A stretch of DNA of 64,000 nt from Octopus vulgaris. Its lineage: Eukaryota. Below the pieces are notes generated by a model that had not been told where the DNA came from, searched no databases, and saw only the letters and a list, made by a program, of their open reading frames with translations. Below are positions 42,475 through 55,002 of this stretch, in pieces. The translations under genes and the position numbers were made by a program. The stretch is from NCBI GenBank assembly GCA_951406725.2, contig OX597820.1, positions 91,202,001 to 91,266,000 of the forward strand. The letters run 5' to 3'. How positions within the stretch are numbered: the stretch's first letter is position 1; each line of letters starts with the position of its first letter.

Positions 42475-42986
42475 GGTACAGGCATATATCCTGTCACATC
42501 TCCCTTGGTACAGGCATATATCCTGTCACTTAGTACAGGCATATATCTTGTCACTTAGTACAGGCATATATCCTGTCACATCTCCCTTGGTACAGGCATA
42601 TATCCTGTCACTTGGTACAGGCATATATCCTATCACATCTCCCTTGGTACAGGCACATATCCTGTCACTTGGTACAGGCATATATCCTGTCACATCTCCC
42701 TTGGTACAGGCATATATCCTGACACTTGGTACAGGCATATATCCTGTCACATCTCCCTTGGTACAGGCATATATCCTGTCACATCTCCCTTGGTACCGGC
42801 ATATATCCTGTCACTTGGTACAGGCATATATCCTGACACTTGGTACAGGCATATATCCTGTCACATCTCCCTTGGTACAGGCATATATCCTGTCACTTAG
42901 TACAGGCATATATCCTGTCACATCTCCCTTGGTACAGGCATATATCCTATCACTTGGTACAAGCATATATCCTGTCACATCTCCCT
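42475..42986. repeat. Minisatellite of 18 units in two length variants (32 bp and 25 bp)
   Basis: A=ggtacaggcatatatcctgtcacatctccctt, B=ggtacaggcatatatcctgtcactt; order ABBABABABAABBABABA. Confidence 0.95.
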
Positions 42987-44769
42987 GTTTAAAACTATTC
43001 TTCAAAACACAGGTACAAGAGATGAAGGAGAGGCAGGTAGAGTAACTTCTGATCCAATAACATCAAAGACTGAAAAGATCACAACATTGTGGCACATCTG
43101 TATGTGACAGAAAACAGGAACTAGCGAAGAATTTTCATTGCCAGTGCAACAAGAATGGTACCTAATGATAAGCTGTACCAGTCACAGGGAAATAATAATT
43201 ATAGTGATATATCATTTTTGAATTTAATTTGCAAGAACTGTGATCCATGATTGTACGTTGCAATTGATATTACTATACTTTAGGAGGCTCATACATACTC
43301 AATAAACATACTGAGTGGTTGTCGCTCAGTTCAGGTTTAATTTTATTGTCAGACATTTTTCATCCCATATAATTGTGGCATTTTCTATAATTTCAAACCT
43401 TCCAACTGATTTGTTTTTGCATGTTATATTGTCAGAAATATCACCTTCATGTTTATATTGTCAAGCATGTAAGTGTGTTATTGTGGTAGAGTTATTTTTT
43501 CGCTGTCTATATATTTTCATTAGCTTGTTCTTTTTTTATTGATGCCAATCTATGACAGCATGTGTTTGAGTTTGGTATGTGGTTTATATAGTGTGATTTG
43601 TAGTTATTTCTGCTAATGGTTGGTGTGTTTGGTGGCTGACTTTAGTTGGCTTCAATTTCATTGTATCCTCATTGGAATATCGTTATTCCATTCCTTCTTT
43701 CTAATGAGCATCTGAGCGATGTCAGAATCTACTTCCAATACGCATACAGTCTCTGTAACTGGTTGTAATGTTTGATGTTTTAGATGTGAGAAAGTAATTT
43801 TTATCATAACAATGTTTGTTTATGCATTGTATGATGGTAGCATGTGAATGTATATTTCTTTCCATTCATTTCAAATCAGATTTCTCCAATTTCTCATTAC
43901 ACTGCAGGCCATTTCCCTTATATAGGTTATAGTGGTGTCTCTACAGTGCTCTTCTATAAATGAATTTCATGTGGTGCACCACATTCTTAGTTTTGCAGTT
44001 TATTTGTGTGTTTGTTGGGATACTTTGCAATAGTCAGTGTGAGGTTTTTCCTTAGTTGGATACAGCTTGCTTAATAATTACTTGAATCAGCTTCTTTTCT
44101 ATCAGTTTCATTTTAAATTTCATTTCATGTGATGCATTCCTAAATTTGTGAGCCAGCTCACCTCTGGAATTTTTTTGTCCCACCATGAGCTTTCTTTGTC
44201 AGTTTTTACTTTTTCTTTCGATCTTGTTCCAGAATCTATTTTAGTACATGGGGGATACTTCATTTCTATCGTTGCTGTTGATGATTCTGAACTTTTTCAT
44301 GGTTTCTTTATACACTCTGATTCAATTTTGTTGTTTGTATCTGGAAAATAGATGAAATTCTAAGCATATTTCTCATTTCACTGGTTGTACACATACAGGC
44401 TGCATATCTCATCACACCACCCTTACTACTTTTCTATTAAGATGTTTATTTTTACATTTATTGACATACAGGACTAGGTGATTAATGGCCACAGCTTTCA
44501 CATAATATGTGTAGCAGAGTTATTTTTGCTACCTATGATTTCTAGCCATAGCTCACTGTCTAGAACAGGTATTAATTTATTGAAGTATTTGGACATGAAG
44601 CAGATGATCATGTAGATGCTCTGTTGGATGATCTTTGGTATATTCTATATTTTATTGTGATATCAGAACTAGTGAGATTGCCTTGTACTTCACAAGACTA
44701 AAGAGTCATCATCATTATTTAGTGTCATCTCAGTTTGTCGAAAGCAATATCAGCAAGAGGGTGATGACA

Positions 44770-45050
44770 GAGGATGAACTAAGGTGGGAGGAGATAGAAG
44801 TGAGAGTATGATGGGAGAAAGAGAGAGTGTTAGATGTATGATTGGTCTTCTCCAGCACTGCATTATGTCTCCAACCATCGCAGCGTTTTGTCATCTCCAT
44901 GTGGCTCAATATTTTAAGATCATTCTTTCCCATTTCATTATACATGTACAGGCATGTAAGGCATATAGAGGCTGACAGCTGGATAGAGATATGCCAAATG
45001 CTTAAAATGGATGGAACTTGTAGAAATGGGAGGCCTAGGAAAACATAGAT
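44770..45050 (+). mobile_element. RTE LINE 3' fragment (decayed)
   Basis: YRHVRHIEADSWIEICQMLKMDGTCRNGRPRKT resembles the RTE C-terminus (W.GHV.RM...GRPRKTW). Confidence 0.6.
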
Positions 45051-45059
45051 AGTCTTATT

Positions 45060-45460
45060 CTTCCACAGGTTTCTTCCAGCTTGAGTATTAGGCACATTTG
45101 GCAGCCTTTGTAGTCATTACATGCCAGTATCAGTGAAGTAACCCTTTTGTACTCTACATTTAATTTCTCTTAACCAGTTTTCTCTCAATTCATTTGTATT
45201 CTGTTGCTCATGCACACAAACATTAAATATCCAATGGAGTATACTCACATTGTTTCTTTTCTGGTCTTTACAAAACCTCTGCATTCTTGGCCAATATCTG
45301 GCTACCAAATAGTATCACACATCACATGAAAGCACTATAAAATTTACCTTCTAATCTTGAGAGAATGCCATTGTTGCCAGCAAAAGTGATAACTCCCTGA
45401 AATTCACTGCTTTTAGTAGTCTTAGCTTCACTGGTAATTAGACCGGCCAGGTAACAAAAG
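45060..45460 (-). mobile_element. RTE LINE fragment (decayed)
   Basis: Reverse complement tttcagggagttatcacttttgctggcaacaatggcattctctcaagattagaaggtaaattttatagtgc is homologous to 23468-23540. Confidence 0.65.
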
Positions 45461-46399
45461 TTGTCAACTTGTTCTTGGAACCCTTCAAGGAGTTTATTTC
45501 CTATGTATTCCTGCTACTTACTATTATTCTTGTGCCCCTGCAAGTTATGAAATCCTTCTTCTCTGAGATCCTACTATATCTCTCATACATCTGTAGATTA
45601 TGCTGAGCACAACATATGGGAATTTCTCCCTATGCTTTTTCTGTATACTGACAATTTTTTTAATTTTTGTTTTTTAGACATTAAAATGTGCTACCTATCT
45701 TAAATGGCAGAAATTTTAATCATGTCAGCAAAAAACAAGTGTTGATGGATGATAAATATGGAAATTGAGGGAGAGTAGGTGACAACTGTAAAAAAAGAGT
45801 AGGTTTGAGGGGTGTATGTAGTAAATGATGAATAGGAAGTGACCAGTGATACAGATAAGTTGGTAGAGGTAGAGCGTAGTAAGAGAAAACTAAGAGTGCA
45901 AACAAAGGTGAGGGATGATGAGCAACAGAGTCATAATAATGATATAGTAAACAGCAGAAGAATGTGAGAGAAAGGGTGAAAGAGAGAGAGATGACCTATG
46001 GTTGAACAGGTTGCAAGAGCATGTGGAGTATGTAGGTATAATGTAGACATAGTGAAAGGGTGGGGGAGAAATGTATGGTGTCAGAGAAGGGGAAATAATT
46101 TGGTGCCTCAGGAGGTCGATAAAAGAATAATTTGGGTGAAGAGGACAGTATTGAGAATGAAGGATAGATATTAGCTGAAATGGTCCTAGATAGTTAGAAA
46201 GATGAGTGGTATCAGTGAAAACCTGGTGAAGCATGCAGTTCTACTCACTTATAATTACAGTACCAGAATACTGCAGCTAAAGAGAGAAGATGGATGGCTG
46301 GGATGTCTTGAGGAAGACATTGGGTGAATGAGGTACCAATTTTTCACAAATACACACACTCACACACATGCATGCATACACACATACATGCATATACAT

Positions 46400-46770
46400 A
46401 GTCTTCTTCCAGAATCTCATGAACATCCAGATGGGTGGGTCTTCTTTGGGAACTGCATATCACAAGTCACCCCAGACCTTTGTCATCTTCTCCATGAGGA
46501 TCAAGGTCCTTAGGTTAGCCTTCACAACTTTGTCCCATATTTTCCTGGGTCTCCCTCTTCTGCAGGCTCCATCCACATTACTTGATAAGTACTTCTTTTT
46601 ACAGCTGTCCCAATATTCATCTATATGCACCACATGTCCATATCAGTGCAGTCTTCTTCCTTGCACACTACATGAGATTCCTTTTATGCCGAGGTTTCTC
46701 TCAATACAATGGTACTTTGTTGTTTATGTACACTTATGCTCCACATTAAATGAAGCATGCACATGCTAGC
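46400..46770 (-). mobile_element. RTE LINE 3' fragment
   Basis: Reverse complement gaagaagactgcactgatatggacatgtgg...gagacccaggaaaatatgggacaaagttgtgaaggctaacct matches the RTE C-terminus. Confidence 0.7.
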
Positions 46771-46880
46771 TTTATTTCCTTTCAGGTGCTAACAACACTA
46801 CCACCATCTTAACCTCTACTTTTCATGCTTACATAGGATAGATAACATTCACTGAAGCAGATGTTTTATGGCCTATTTCC

Positions 46881-47116
46881 CTATTTCTTTACTACCCATA
46901 AGGGGCTAAACGCAAAGGGGACAAACAAGGACAGACAAATGGATTAAGTCAATTACATCGACCCCAGTGCGTAACTAGTACTTGATTTATCGACCCTGAA
47001 AGGATGAAAGGCAAAGTCGACCTCTGTGGAATTTGAACTCAGAACATAATGGCAGATGAAATACGGCTACACATTTCGCCCAGCGTACTAACGTTTCTGC
47101 CAGCTCGCCACCTTCA
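46881..47116 (-). mobile_element. SINE family 2, full length
   Basis: Reverse complement of family 2; near-TSD ggcctatttccc / ggccaatttccc. Confidence 0.9.
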
Positions 47117-47281
47117 GCGGCCAATTTCCCATTTCCTGTGACAAGACGTGTATATGTCAAAAAGTGGAAATGAACACTTCTTGTGTGACTGTGACTTATT
47201 TATTTACGAATATTGTATAATGTCAAGACAAGGAGATATGAAAAACCCCAACATTCATGCAAGCATACACACAAACATACA

Positions 47282-47358
<77 letters not shown>

Positions 47359-47693
47359 TATATATATATACCAAGCCCATTCACAAGGCTTTGGTTGGCT
47401 CAGAACAATGATTGAAGATAAATAGGGGCTGAACCTGAAACATCATAGTTTGTAAACTGATTTCTTAACCATACAACTTAGCCTGCTTCTTTTATATGTG
47501 TGTGTGACTCTGTGTGTGTGTATGTGCATGTGAATATACATGCATTTGTGTATGTGTGTGTTTGTGTATGTTTCTATGTATATCTCTACACTTACATATA
47601 AATGCAAGCATATTCACACAATTATGTTTAAATGGAGTGAAAACATTTTATATCGGTAAGAATGAATTATTTCTGTATGTATTTGTTGATATG

Positions 47694-47728
<35 letters not shown>

Positions 47729-47929
47729 TATATCACTTTACAAAATAGACCTAAACCCATTACATAGTTCTTGGCTTATCGGTGAAGTCACAAAAAATAC
47801 ATAAATTTAAAGAGACCATGAAAGAAAGGTCAATGAGAAGTCAGTAAAAAATTATTAAAATTTATATCCTGTATGAAAGAAACAAAATTATAAAAGAAAG
47901 AAATTTGCTGTTATTCATTGAGATTTTCG

Positions 47930-47942
47930 TTTATTGTTGTAA

Positions 47943-47974
<32 letters not shown>

Positions 47975-48045
47975 TAATATTATTATTATTATTATTATTA
48001 TTATCATCATTATCATTATTGTTGCTGCTGCTGTTGTTGTTGTTA
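47930..48045. repeat. Compound (TTA)/(TCA)/(TGC)/(TTG) microsatellite
   Basis: Directly visible. Confidence 0.9.
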
Positions 48046-49896
48046 TTCTGTTCGCATCTTTAAGAATAAAAACTGAAAAAATGTTGTAATTGATTTCTGT
48101 GAAATACAATGAATTTCAGTATAAAAAGATATTTGAAATGAAAAGGTATGACCATTAGCTGTCTCTGTAACTATTGTTGAACAGGTCTATCCTTTATGGT
48201 TGGCAGCAAAAAGACACTGGAAAAGATTGTAGAGATTAAAAAAAAGTATTAGCATTTCTAAGATTTATTATTATTGTGGTTTTATTGTTAGGTTTATGGA
48301 TTTGATGCAAATGATAGTAAGCTAGATTTAATATTTTGTTTTATCAAGTTTGATTTCACACTGTTCTGAGTTCAAGTCACACATTGAAATAAAATCTATA
48401 TTGATCAAGTCAAGAAGGGTACTTTTACTTCATGTGTTCAACCTGATAATATTCTCCTTTAATTTTACACCATACTATCTTTAAAAGTAATTAGTTTTTT
48501 GTACACACTCTACTCAACTTTTTCTGCTCTCTAGCTATCAACCCCAACCTCTAACATCTATTTTCATCTGGATATTTCCTCATCCTTACTTTTCCTCCTA
48601 TCTTCAAACCCAGTTATTTACAAAATTTATTTAGTAATTTTTTCCCGGTGCAGACGATCGCTAGTTACTCCAGATATGGGGCTCATACTTGTTGCATAAA
48701 CTGACAAAAAAAAAAGGCACTAAGTTATAAAGAAGATGAACAAACTAAAATTTCTCTCAATTTCTCCATTTCTTCAAAACTTATAAGAACGAATATTTCT
48801 TTTTGTAATGTTAATGCAAGTGGCAGACATTTATAAAATTAAATGAACTAAAAAGGAAATGACTGATTCCTTGAAAAGCAATACAAATAGTATTTTGAAG
48901 AAGTGTATTCTAAATTACCATCACTTGAATTTTTTCCAGTCTTCATTTTTTTTTTGTCATTTTAAGTAGACTTGGAGCAATATGAACTCAGCATATCATT
49001 ATGATTGATGTAAACTGGTTTTCAAGTACTAGAAGCATATTATAGTATGCTACTTGTATATATATTCTTTTTCATTTCCAAAGCATAGCAAAGATGAAGT
49101 CTTAAGTCAATTTTGTTATTTGCATTAAGAGCAGAAAGATGTCAAATGCATCACAATTATAATTTAGCCTAACAAACAACCATTGAAAAATATTGACCTG
49201 TCTTATTTGAAGTTCAAATGTCTTTAGATGCATATACTATAGATGTAGCCAGTACATGTTAGAAATAGTTTATATGGTAAGAGTGAAATAACTTATTCTT
49301 GTCTTCACAGAAATAGTTTCTTACCTGGTCTACAATTCTATAATATTACTATCATTCCTCCTGTATTATGGTTAAGTTCATAGCTGCAGTGTGGAAGTAA
49401 GCTCTTGAAAATCTGAGTCAGTGTTACAATTTTTGATACCTAGTAAGAAATACTTTCTTTTACTGGTGTCTTTAATTCCTTTCAGAAAATTATGGACAAC
49501 ACTCTTCCTCTTCTCTAAAATTAGCAAGCAAGGTACAGGCATGGCTGTGTGGTAAGAACTTTGATTCCCAGCCACATGGTTCTGGGTTTAGTCCCACTGC
49601 ATGGCACCTTGGGCAAGTATCTTCCACTAGAGCCTTAGGTTGAACAAAGTCTTATGAGTGGATTTAGTAGACAGCATCTTAAAGAAGTCTGTTGTATATA
49701 TATATATATATATATATAATAAAATATTAGGGAATAAATGCAAATTTACAGGGAAAAATCAGATTTAGGATTGAAACCAATTTTATAGTAAAATATTATA
49801 TAATATTAATTAGAGACAAAACCACTATTTTGTAAATCAAACAAGGAAAGACTTAATCAATACATAAAAAAATTTTAATATAAAGTAAATAAATCG

Positions 49897-49940
49897 CCAC
49901 TACAATTGTTTCCTGTCTTCAAATGACATTCATCAGGTGG
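49897..49940 (-). ncRNA. Type-I minimal hammerhead ribozyme motif (mirror copy)
   Basis: Exact reverse complement of 50002-50045. Confidence 0.72.
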
Positions 49941-50001
49941 ATTTCATATCTTCCATTCAATTTAAAGTTAATAACTTTAAATTGAATGGAAGATATGAAA
50001 T

Positions 50002-50045
50002 CCACCTGATGAATGTCATTTGAAGACAGGAAACAATTGTAGTGG
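50002..50045 (+). ncRNA. Type-I minimal hammerhead ribozyme motif
   Basis: ccac CTGATGA a-tgtc-atttgaa-gaca-g GAAAC aatt GTA gtgg. Stem I ccac/gtgg, stem II tgtc/gaca, palindromic stem III ACAATTGT, GUA triplet at 50039-50041. Confidence 0.75.
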
Positions 50046-50634
50046 CGATTTATTTACTTTATATTAAAATTTTTTTATGTATTGATTAAGTCTTTCCTTG
50101 TTTGATTTACAAAATAGTGGTTTTGTCTCTAATTAATATTATATATATATATATATATATGTTTCTGTCTGTTTGACCTCTGCTTGACAAATGGTATCAG
50201 TGTGTTTATGTTCTTGTAACTTAGTACCAGGCTTAACAAAAATAGTACTAGGAAGAATTCATTCAACTAAAAGTTCTTTACGGCAGTACCTCAGCATAGT
50301 TGCAGTCTGAAACAAGTGAAAGATAAATTGAAAAGAAAAGACGCTAAAACTAGTGAGAAAAATCCGAGACAGTATACTCACATTAAAAGCTATATGTTTT
50401 CCTTGGAGATTCATTAGGAATGATTTTAACTTATACTCTGGAGTTGATTAAGTTACTTCTCTCTTACAAATGCCTTTATAGTATTAAAATTTTATAGTAC
50501 TAAACACTGTGGTTGTGTAGGGTTTGTTGTTTCAATGTCAGTCAAGAGAACAAGAACAACAGCTGTAATCTTTGGAGACACCTTCAGACTATTGAATATG
50601 CTTGAAGATATATTGGATTGTGGGGTGGCTATAC

Positions 50635-51000
50635 TTTATCCTCCACCTCCTCCTCCTCACCCTCGTCGTCATCGTTTCATCATCAATCATCTTCTCCATC
50701 TTCATCTTCTTCAATTTCTTCATCTTCTGCATCATCTTCTCCTTCATTTTCTTCATCTTCTTCTTCTGCATCATCTTCTTCATCATCATTTTTTCTTCAT
50801 TTTCTTCATCTTCTTCTTCTGTACATCCACTTGTTTCTTCCCTTAACTCATCCTTCTCATGTTCCCTTTCCTCTAACACAATCTCTGCATCCTCCCCTAA
50901 CTGTTTCTCTCATGCCTTCTCCTCTATCTCGTCCCCTCTGCCACCTCTTCATATGCCATATCCTTCTCCCCCTTTTCCTCTTGTCTTCATCTTCACCATT
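50635..51000. repeat. Pyrimidine-rich low-complexity (TCT/TCA/CCT)n tract
   Basis: Degenerate trinucleotide repeats; the minus strand reads as E/D-rich with stops and a frameshift. Confidence 0.85.
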
Positions 51001-51388
51001 GTTGTCATGAAGCTATGTGCATCTTCTTCAGGTTGTATGAAATTCATTGGTTTTAGCTCAAAAGGCAACGAACTGATAGAACTACTGAATGAGCTGAAGG
51101 AAGAAGATGGGAGTTGTAAGATATTAATTGAGGAGGACATGGGTTCAGATTTTATGGTACATTTAGATGAAAGACTTCTGGTGAAAACCATGCTTGTAAT
51201 TTACGATTAGCTAATATACAACAACCAAGAAAATATAGGGCACATTTTGTTGACATTTTACTGTCTCTACTAACATCAAAAATGCTCATGGACACCCTCA
51301 GGGTATAAGTTTTCAGGTATGACAGGTAGCCTAAATTGTGGGGGCTCTGTAGATTACTCTATTTGTTTGTCATTTTAAAAATTATACA

Positions 51389-52212
51389 TAGGTGCAGGTG
51401 TTGCTGAGTGGTAAGAAGCTTGCTTCCTAACCACATGGTTCTGGGTTCAGTCCCACTATGTGACACTTTGAGCAAGTATCTTCTGCTATAGCCTCAGGGT
51501 GACCAATGCAATTGTGAGTGGATTTTGCAGATAGAAACTAGTATAAGTCGTATATATATGTATGTATGTGTGTGTGTCTGTGTTTGCACACTACTATTGG
51601 TTGACAACTGGTGTTGGTATGTTCACATCTATGTAATTGGGCAGTTTGGCAAGAGAGAGCAATAGAATAAGTGTTAGGCTTATCAACAATAGAATAAGTA
51701 ATGTCAGTGAGCTGGCAGAATCGTTAGCACGCCGGGCGAAATGCATTGCCATATTTCGTCTGCTGTTACGTTCTGAGTTCAAATTCCACCGAGGTCGACT
51801 TTGCCTTTCATCCTTTCGGGGTCGATTAGATAAGTACCAGTTACGCATTGGGGTCGATATAATCGACTTAATCCATTTTTCTGTCCTTGTTTGTCCCCTC
51901 TGTGTTTAGGCGCTTGTGGGCAGTAAAGAAATAGGTATTTTGTCTGCCACTACATTCTGAGTTGTAATTCTGCTAAGGTTGACTTTACCTTTCATTCTTC
52001 CGGGGGTAGATAAATTAAGTACCAGTTACGCACTGAGGTCGATGTAATCAACTTAATCCATTTGTCTGTCCTTGTTTGTCCCCTCTATGTTTAGCCCCTT
52101 GTGGGCAATAAAAAAATAAGAATAAGTATCAGTGTGAATTCATTCAACAACAAATTCCTCAAAGTGGTGCTCCAGCATGGCTGCAGTCTAATGACTGAAG
52201 CAAGTAAAAGAA
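51389..52212 (+). mobile_element. SINE family 1 interrupted by family 2 SINEs
   Basis: Head and body 51389-51700; tail aagtggtgctccagcatggctgcagtctaatgactgaagcaagtaaaaga resumes after 52120. Confidence 0.85.
51705..52119 (+). mobile_element. SINE family 2, tandem dimer (full copy plus 5'-truncated copy)
   Basis: Two successive ggtatttt/cgtctgc...gtcgac...gtgggcagtaaagaaata units; flanked by agaataagta. Confidence 0.88.
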
Positions 52213-53261
52213 AATCACTAAGGAATTAGAGTTTTATACATTCATTATACGTGTTGAATTTATATCAAAGTTTTAATAGTGTTTTGGACACAGTGACAGC
52301 ATTGACCTCTGGCTCATTGTTACTTTTATTGCTTAATGTGGGTAGGTGGTCAGCATTAACATGTCTTTTGGTATTATTCATTTCAGTTCACTAATTATTA
52401 CTCCATGCTTTCATTGCATAACTGAGTACAACCCAATAACTTGAGTATACGGAAATATGATTTTAAATTAATTTCGCTCTCTTTCTTTATGTTTTCCTCA
52501 CCATCTTTTTGTTTTGTAATGTTCTATTCTCCTAATGTCCTGGAGACCAATAAATGAGATAATTTTGTTATTTTTATTATAATTCTCCTCCACTTCTTCT
52601 TCATCATCATCATTTTCATCAACATCATTATTATTATATACGTGATATTTTGTTTCCTAGGAGAATCAATTTCTTTGGAATATATTTATGGAAATCTCAT
52701 ACTACAGTTTGCCATTAGCTTGATTGTAGGTTGGTCATTTTGACAGCTAAACATCACTTTCGTGAGTGACCATTTACTATTTTCTGACTGGAATATATTT
52801 TATAGACTTGTAGCAGACATTCTTAGAATACATGGAATCAAACAGTCGGTTAGCAATAGTGTCTTTGCTGACATATCTTGTACTAAATTACTTACAACAT
52901 AACAAAATAATTTGTTTTCAACATTTATCTTGTCCATGCTTAAATTGATGAGGTTGGCCTCTGAAACTCTACTCTTCATACAAATAAAACAGTGGAAAAG
53001 ATTATAGAAATCTCCTGGCAAGTTAGTAAAAGTGTAGATAGAATAACTTTTATTGAGTTTTATAGGTGGTGGTAGTTCTTGTTAACAACAGTTCTTCTGG
53101 TTCTATATATTTAAAAACACATGAATTGTTATAATGTGCGGTGTGTGGTGATAATTGGTTGGGCTGATGTATTAATATTTTGTTTTAATCAAGTTTTACA
53201 GATTTAATATAGTTATTAATTACCTTGTAGACGAGTCAATTTCAATTTGTGGGTTCTTTTA

Positions 53262-53673
53262 TCTTCTGTCTTACTTTTTTCAGTCATTAGGCTGTTGTTA
53301 TGCTGAGGTACCATCTTGAAGAATATTTAGTCAAATGAATCGACCCTTGTACATTTTTTTCTTTTTAAGCCTGGTACTTATTCTATCAGTTTTTTTCTTT
53401 TTTTGGTGAACTGCTAAGTTATGTGGATGTAAACACATCAACATGAGTTGTCAAGGGGTAGTGGAGTAAGCACACACACACACACACATGCACAAACATA
53501 TATACAATGGTCTTCTCTTAGTTTCTGCCTACTAAATCCACTTACAAGTTTTGGTTACCCCGAAGCTGAAGTAGAAGACAAGACATTTTCCCAAAATGCT
53601 ATGCAGTGGGTCTGAACCCGGGACCATGTGGTTGGGAAGCAAGCTTCTTACCACATAGTCACATCTGTACCTA
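53262..53673 (-). mobile_element. SINE family 1, diverged
   Basis: Reverse-complement match throughout. Confidence 0.85.
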
Positions 53674-54677
53674 TATTATAGTAGAAATTTGACTATAAAT
53701 TTGGGAACTGAATTCTGCCACATGTCATATATATGGAAGAGTACCAGCCAGAAATGAAGATAGTCGATATCAGAGAAAAAAAAAAGCATGAAAACAGAAA
53801 AGATGACTATAATAATTTTAACAATTCTAAGTACTTTTATAATGTATTTATGCCCAATTTGGAGGCCATCGATTGAAATAGTAGCAATGCTAGTTATTTT
53901 AATAGTACATCACTGGTAACTGAAGAATGTTTTTGATTGTGCTTTTAATGATATTGTCATTAAAGTTTACTTCTGGTTATTTTGATACAAGTAAAATCAT
54001 GTTGGTGATCAATTTGAAGTTTTAAATACTCCTCTGTGTTTTTATTTTATACCATATCAAACAATAGAACCAACTAATATTACTTGATACATTGTTTCTT
54101 TGAATTAATGCTTAAATTACAAGAGTTGTAACAGAGAGTGCTATTTATTGATTTTATTGATTATTCATATCCCCATACTCATATTAATTAATTATTTTAT
54201 CATAAATATACATTTGAATCTAGCAATTAATTTTGTATGTATATCTTTGTGTAAGAACTAATACCACAAGAAAAAAAAGTTTCAATTTTATTTGTTAGAT
54301 TATTTATGTGTGTTGTATAATACATACCAACAGAAATCTTGAATTATTAATTACACACTTGATTTAAGCTTTAGAACAAGTTAACATAGAAATGTTAATT
54401 AACTTCGTAACAGTAGAAACTGTCTGTTAATGTATGACTGAGTTCTTCCAGCTTTTGGGTGATAGCCATAATCTTTCACCTGATTTAACACCAACACCTG
54501 GCCCTCGGGAGTCTTCAATGGAATTTTCGGCCTGACAATATCATCCTGCTTGTAGTGCCTGAGGTCATAAAAAAAAAGTAGTAAAGGCTATGAAAGCCAC
54601 CCTTTATTCTCTGACTAAAACATAGATAATAAAAAAGGGCAAAGAACTTAATCCCAAAATATTTAAGTATCTAAAGT

Positions 54678-54950
54678 AATGGGCTGGCAGAATTGTTAGC
54701 AAACCAGGCAAAAAATGATTTTCTTTTACTCTTTTATTTGTTTCAGTAATTTGACTGTGACCATGCTGGAGCACCACCTTTAATTGAGCAAATTGACCCC
54801 AGGACTTATTCTTTGTAAGCCTAGTACTTATTCTATCAGTCACTTTTGCTGAACCACTAAGTTATTGGGATGTAAACACACCAGCATTGGTTGTCAAGCG
54901 ATTTTGGAGGGACAAACACAGATACACAAATATATATACACACACATACA

Positions 54951-55002
<52 letters not shown>

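Larger units (their letters stand above)
49718..50145. mobile_element. Penelope-like pLTR insertion forming a perfect palindrome (174-bp arms, 1-nt loop)
   Basis: Arms 49797-49970 / 49972-50145, with (TA)n on both sides and a hammerhead motif in each arm. Confidence 0.75.
49530..50340 (+). mobile_element. SINE family 1 split by an insertion in its internal (TA)n
   Basis: 5' half 49530-49695 ends aaagaagtctgttg(ta)n. 3' half resumes at 50161 (gtttctgtctgtttg...cttgacaa...gaaacaagtgaaaga). Confidence 0.85.

Noticed and set aside
42475-42986. CRISPR-like array or 190-aa repeat protein
   Set aside because: No unique spacers, no cas genes, eukaryotic context. The ORFs arise from stop-poor 57-bp periodicity.
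52661-52729. Plus-strand exon (ESISLEYIYGNLILQFAISLIV)
   Set aside because: Good acceptor but weak donor, AT-rich, and no partner exons or recognisable homology.
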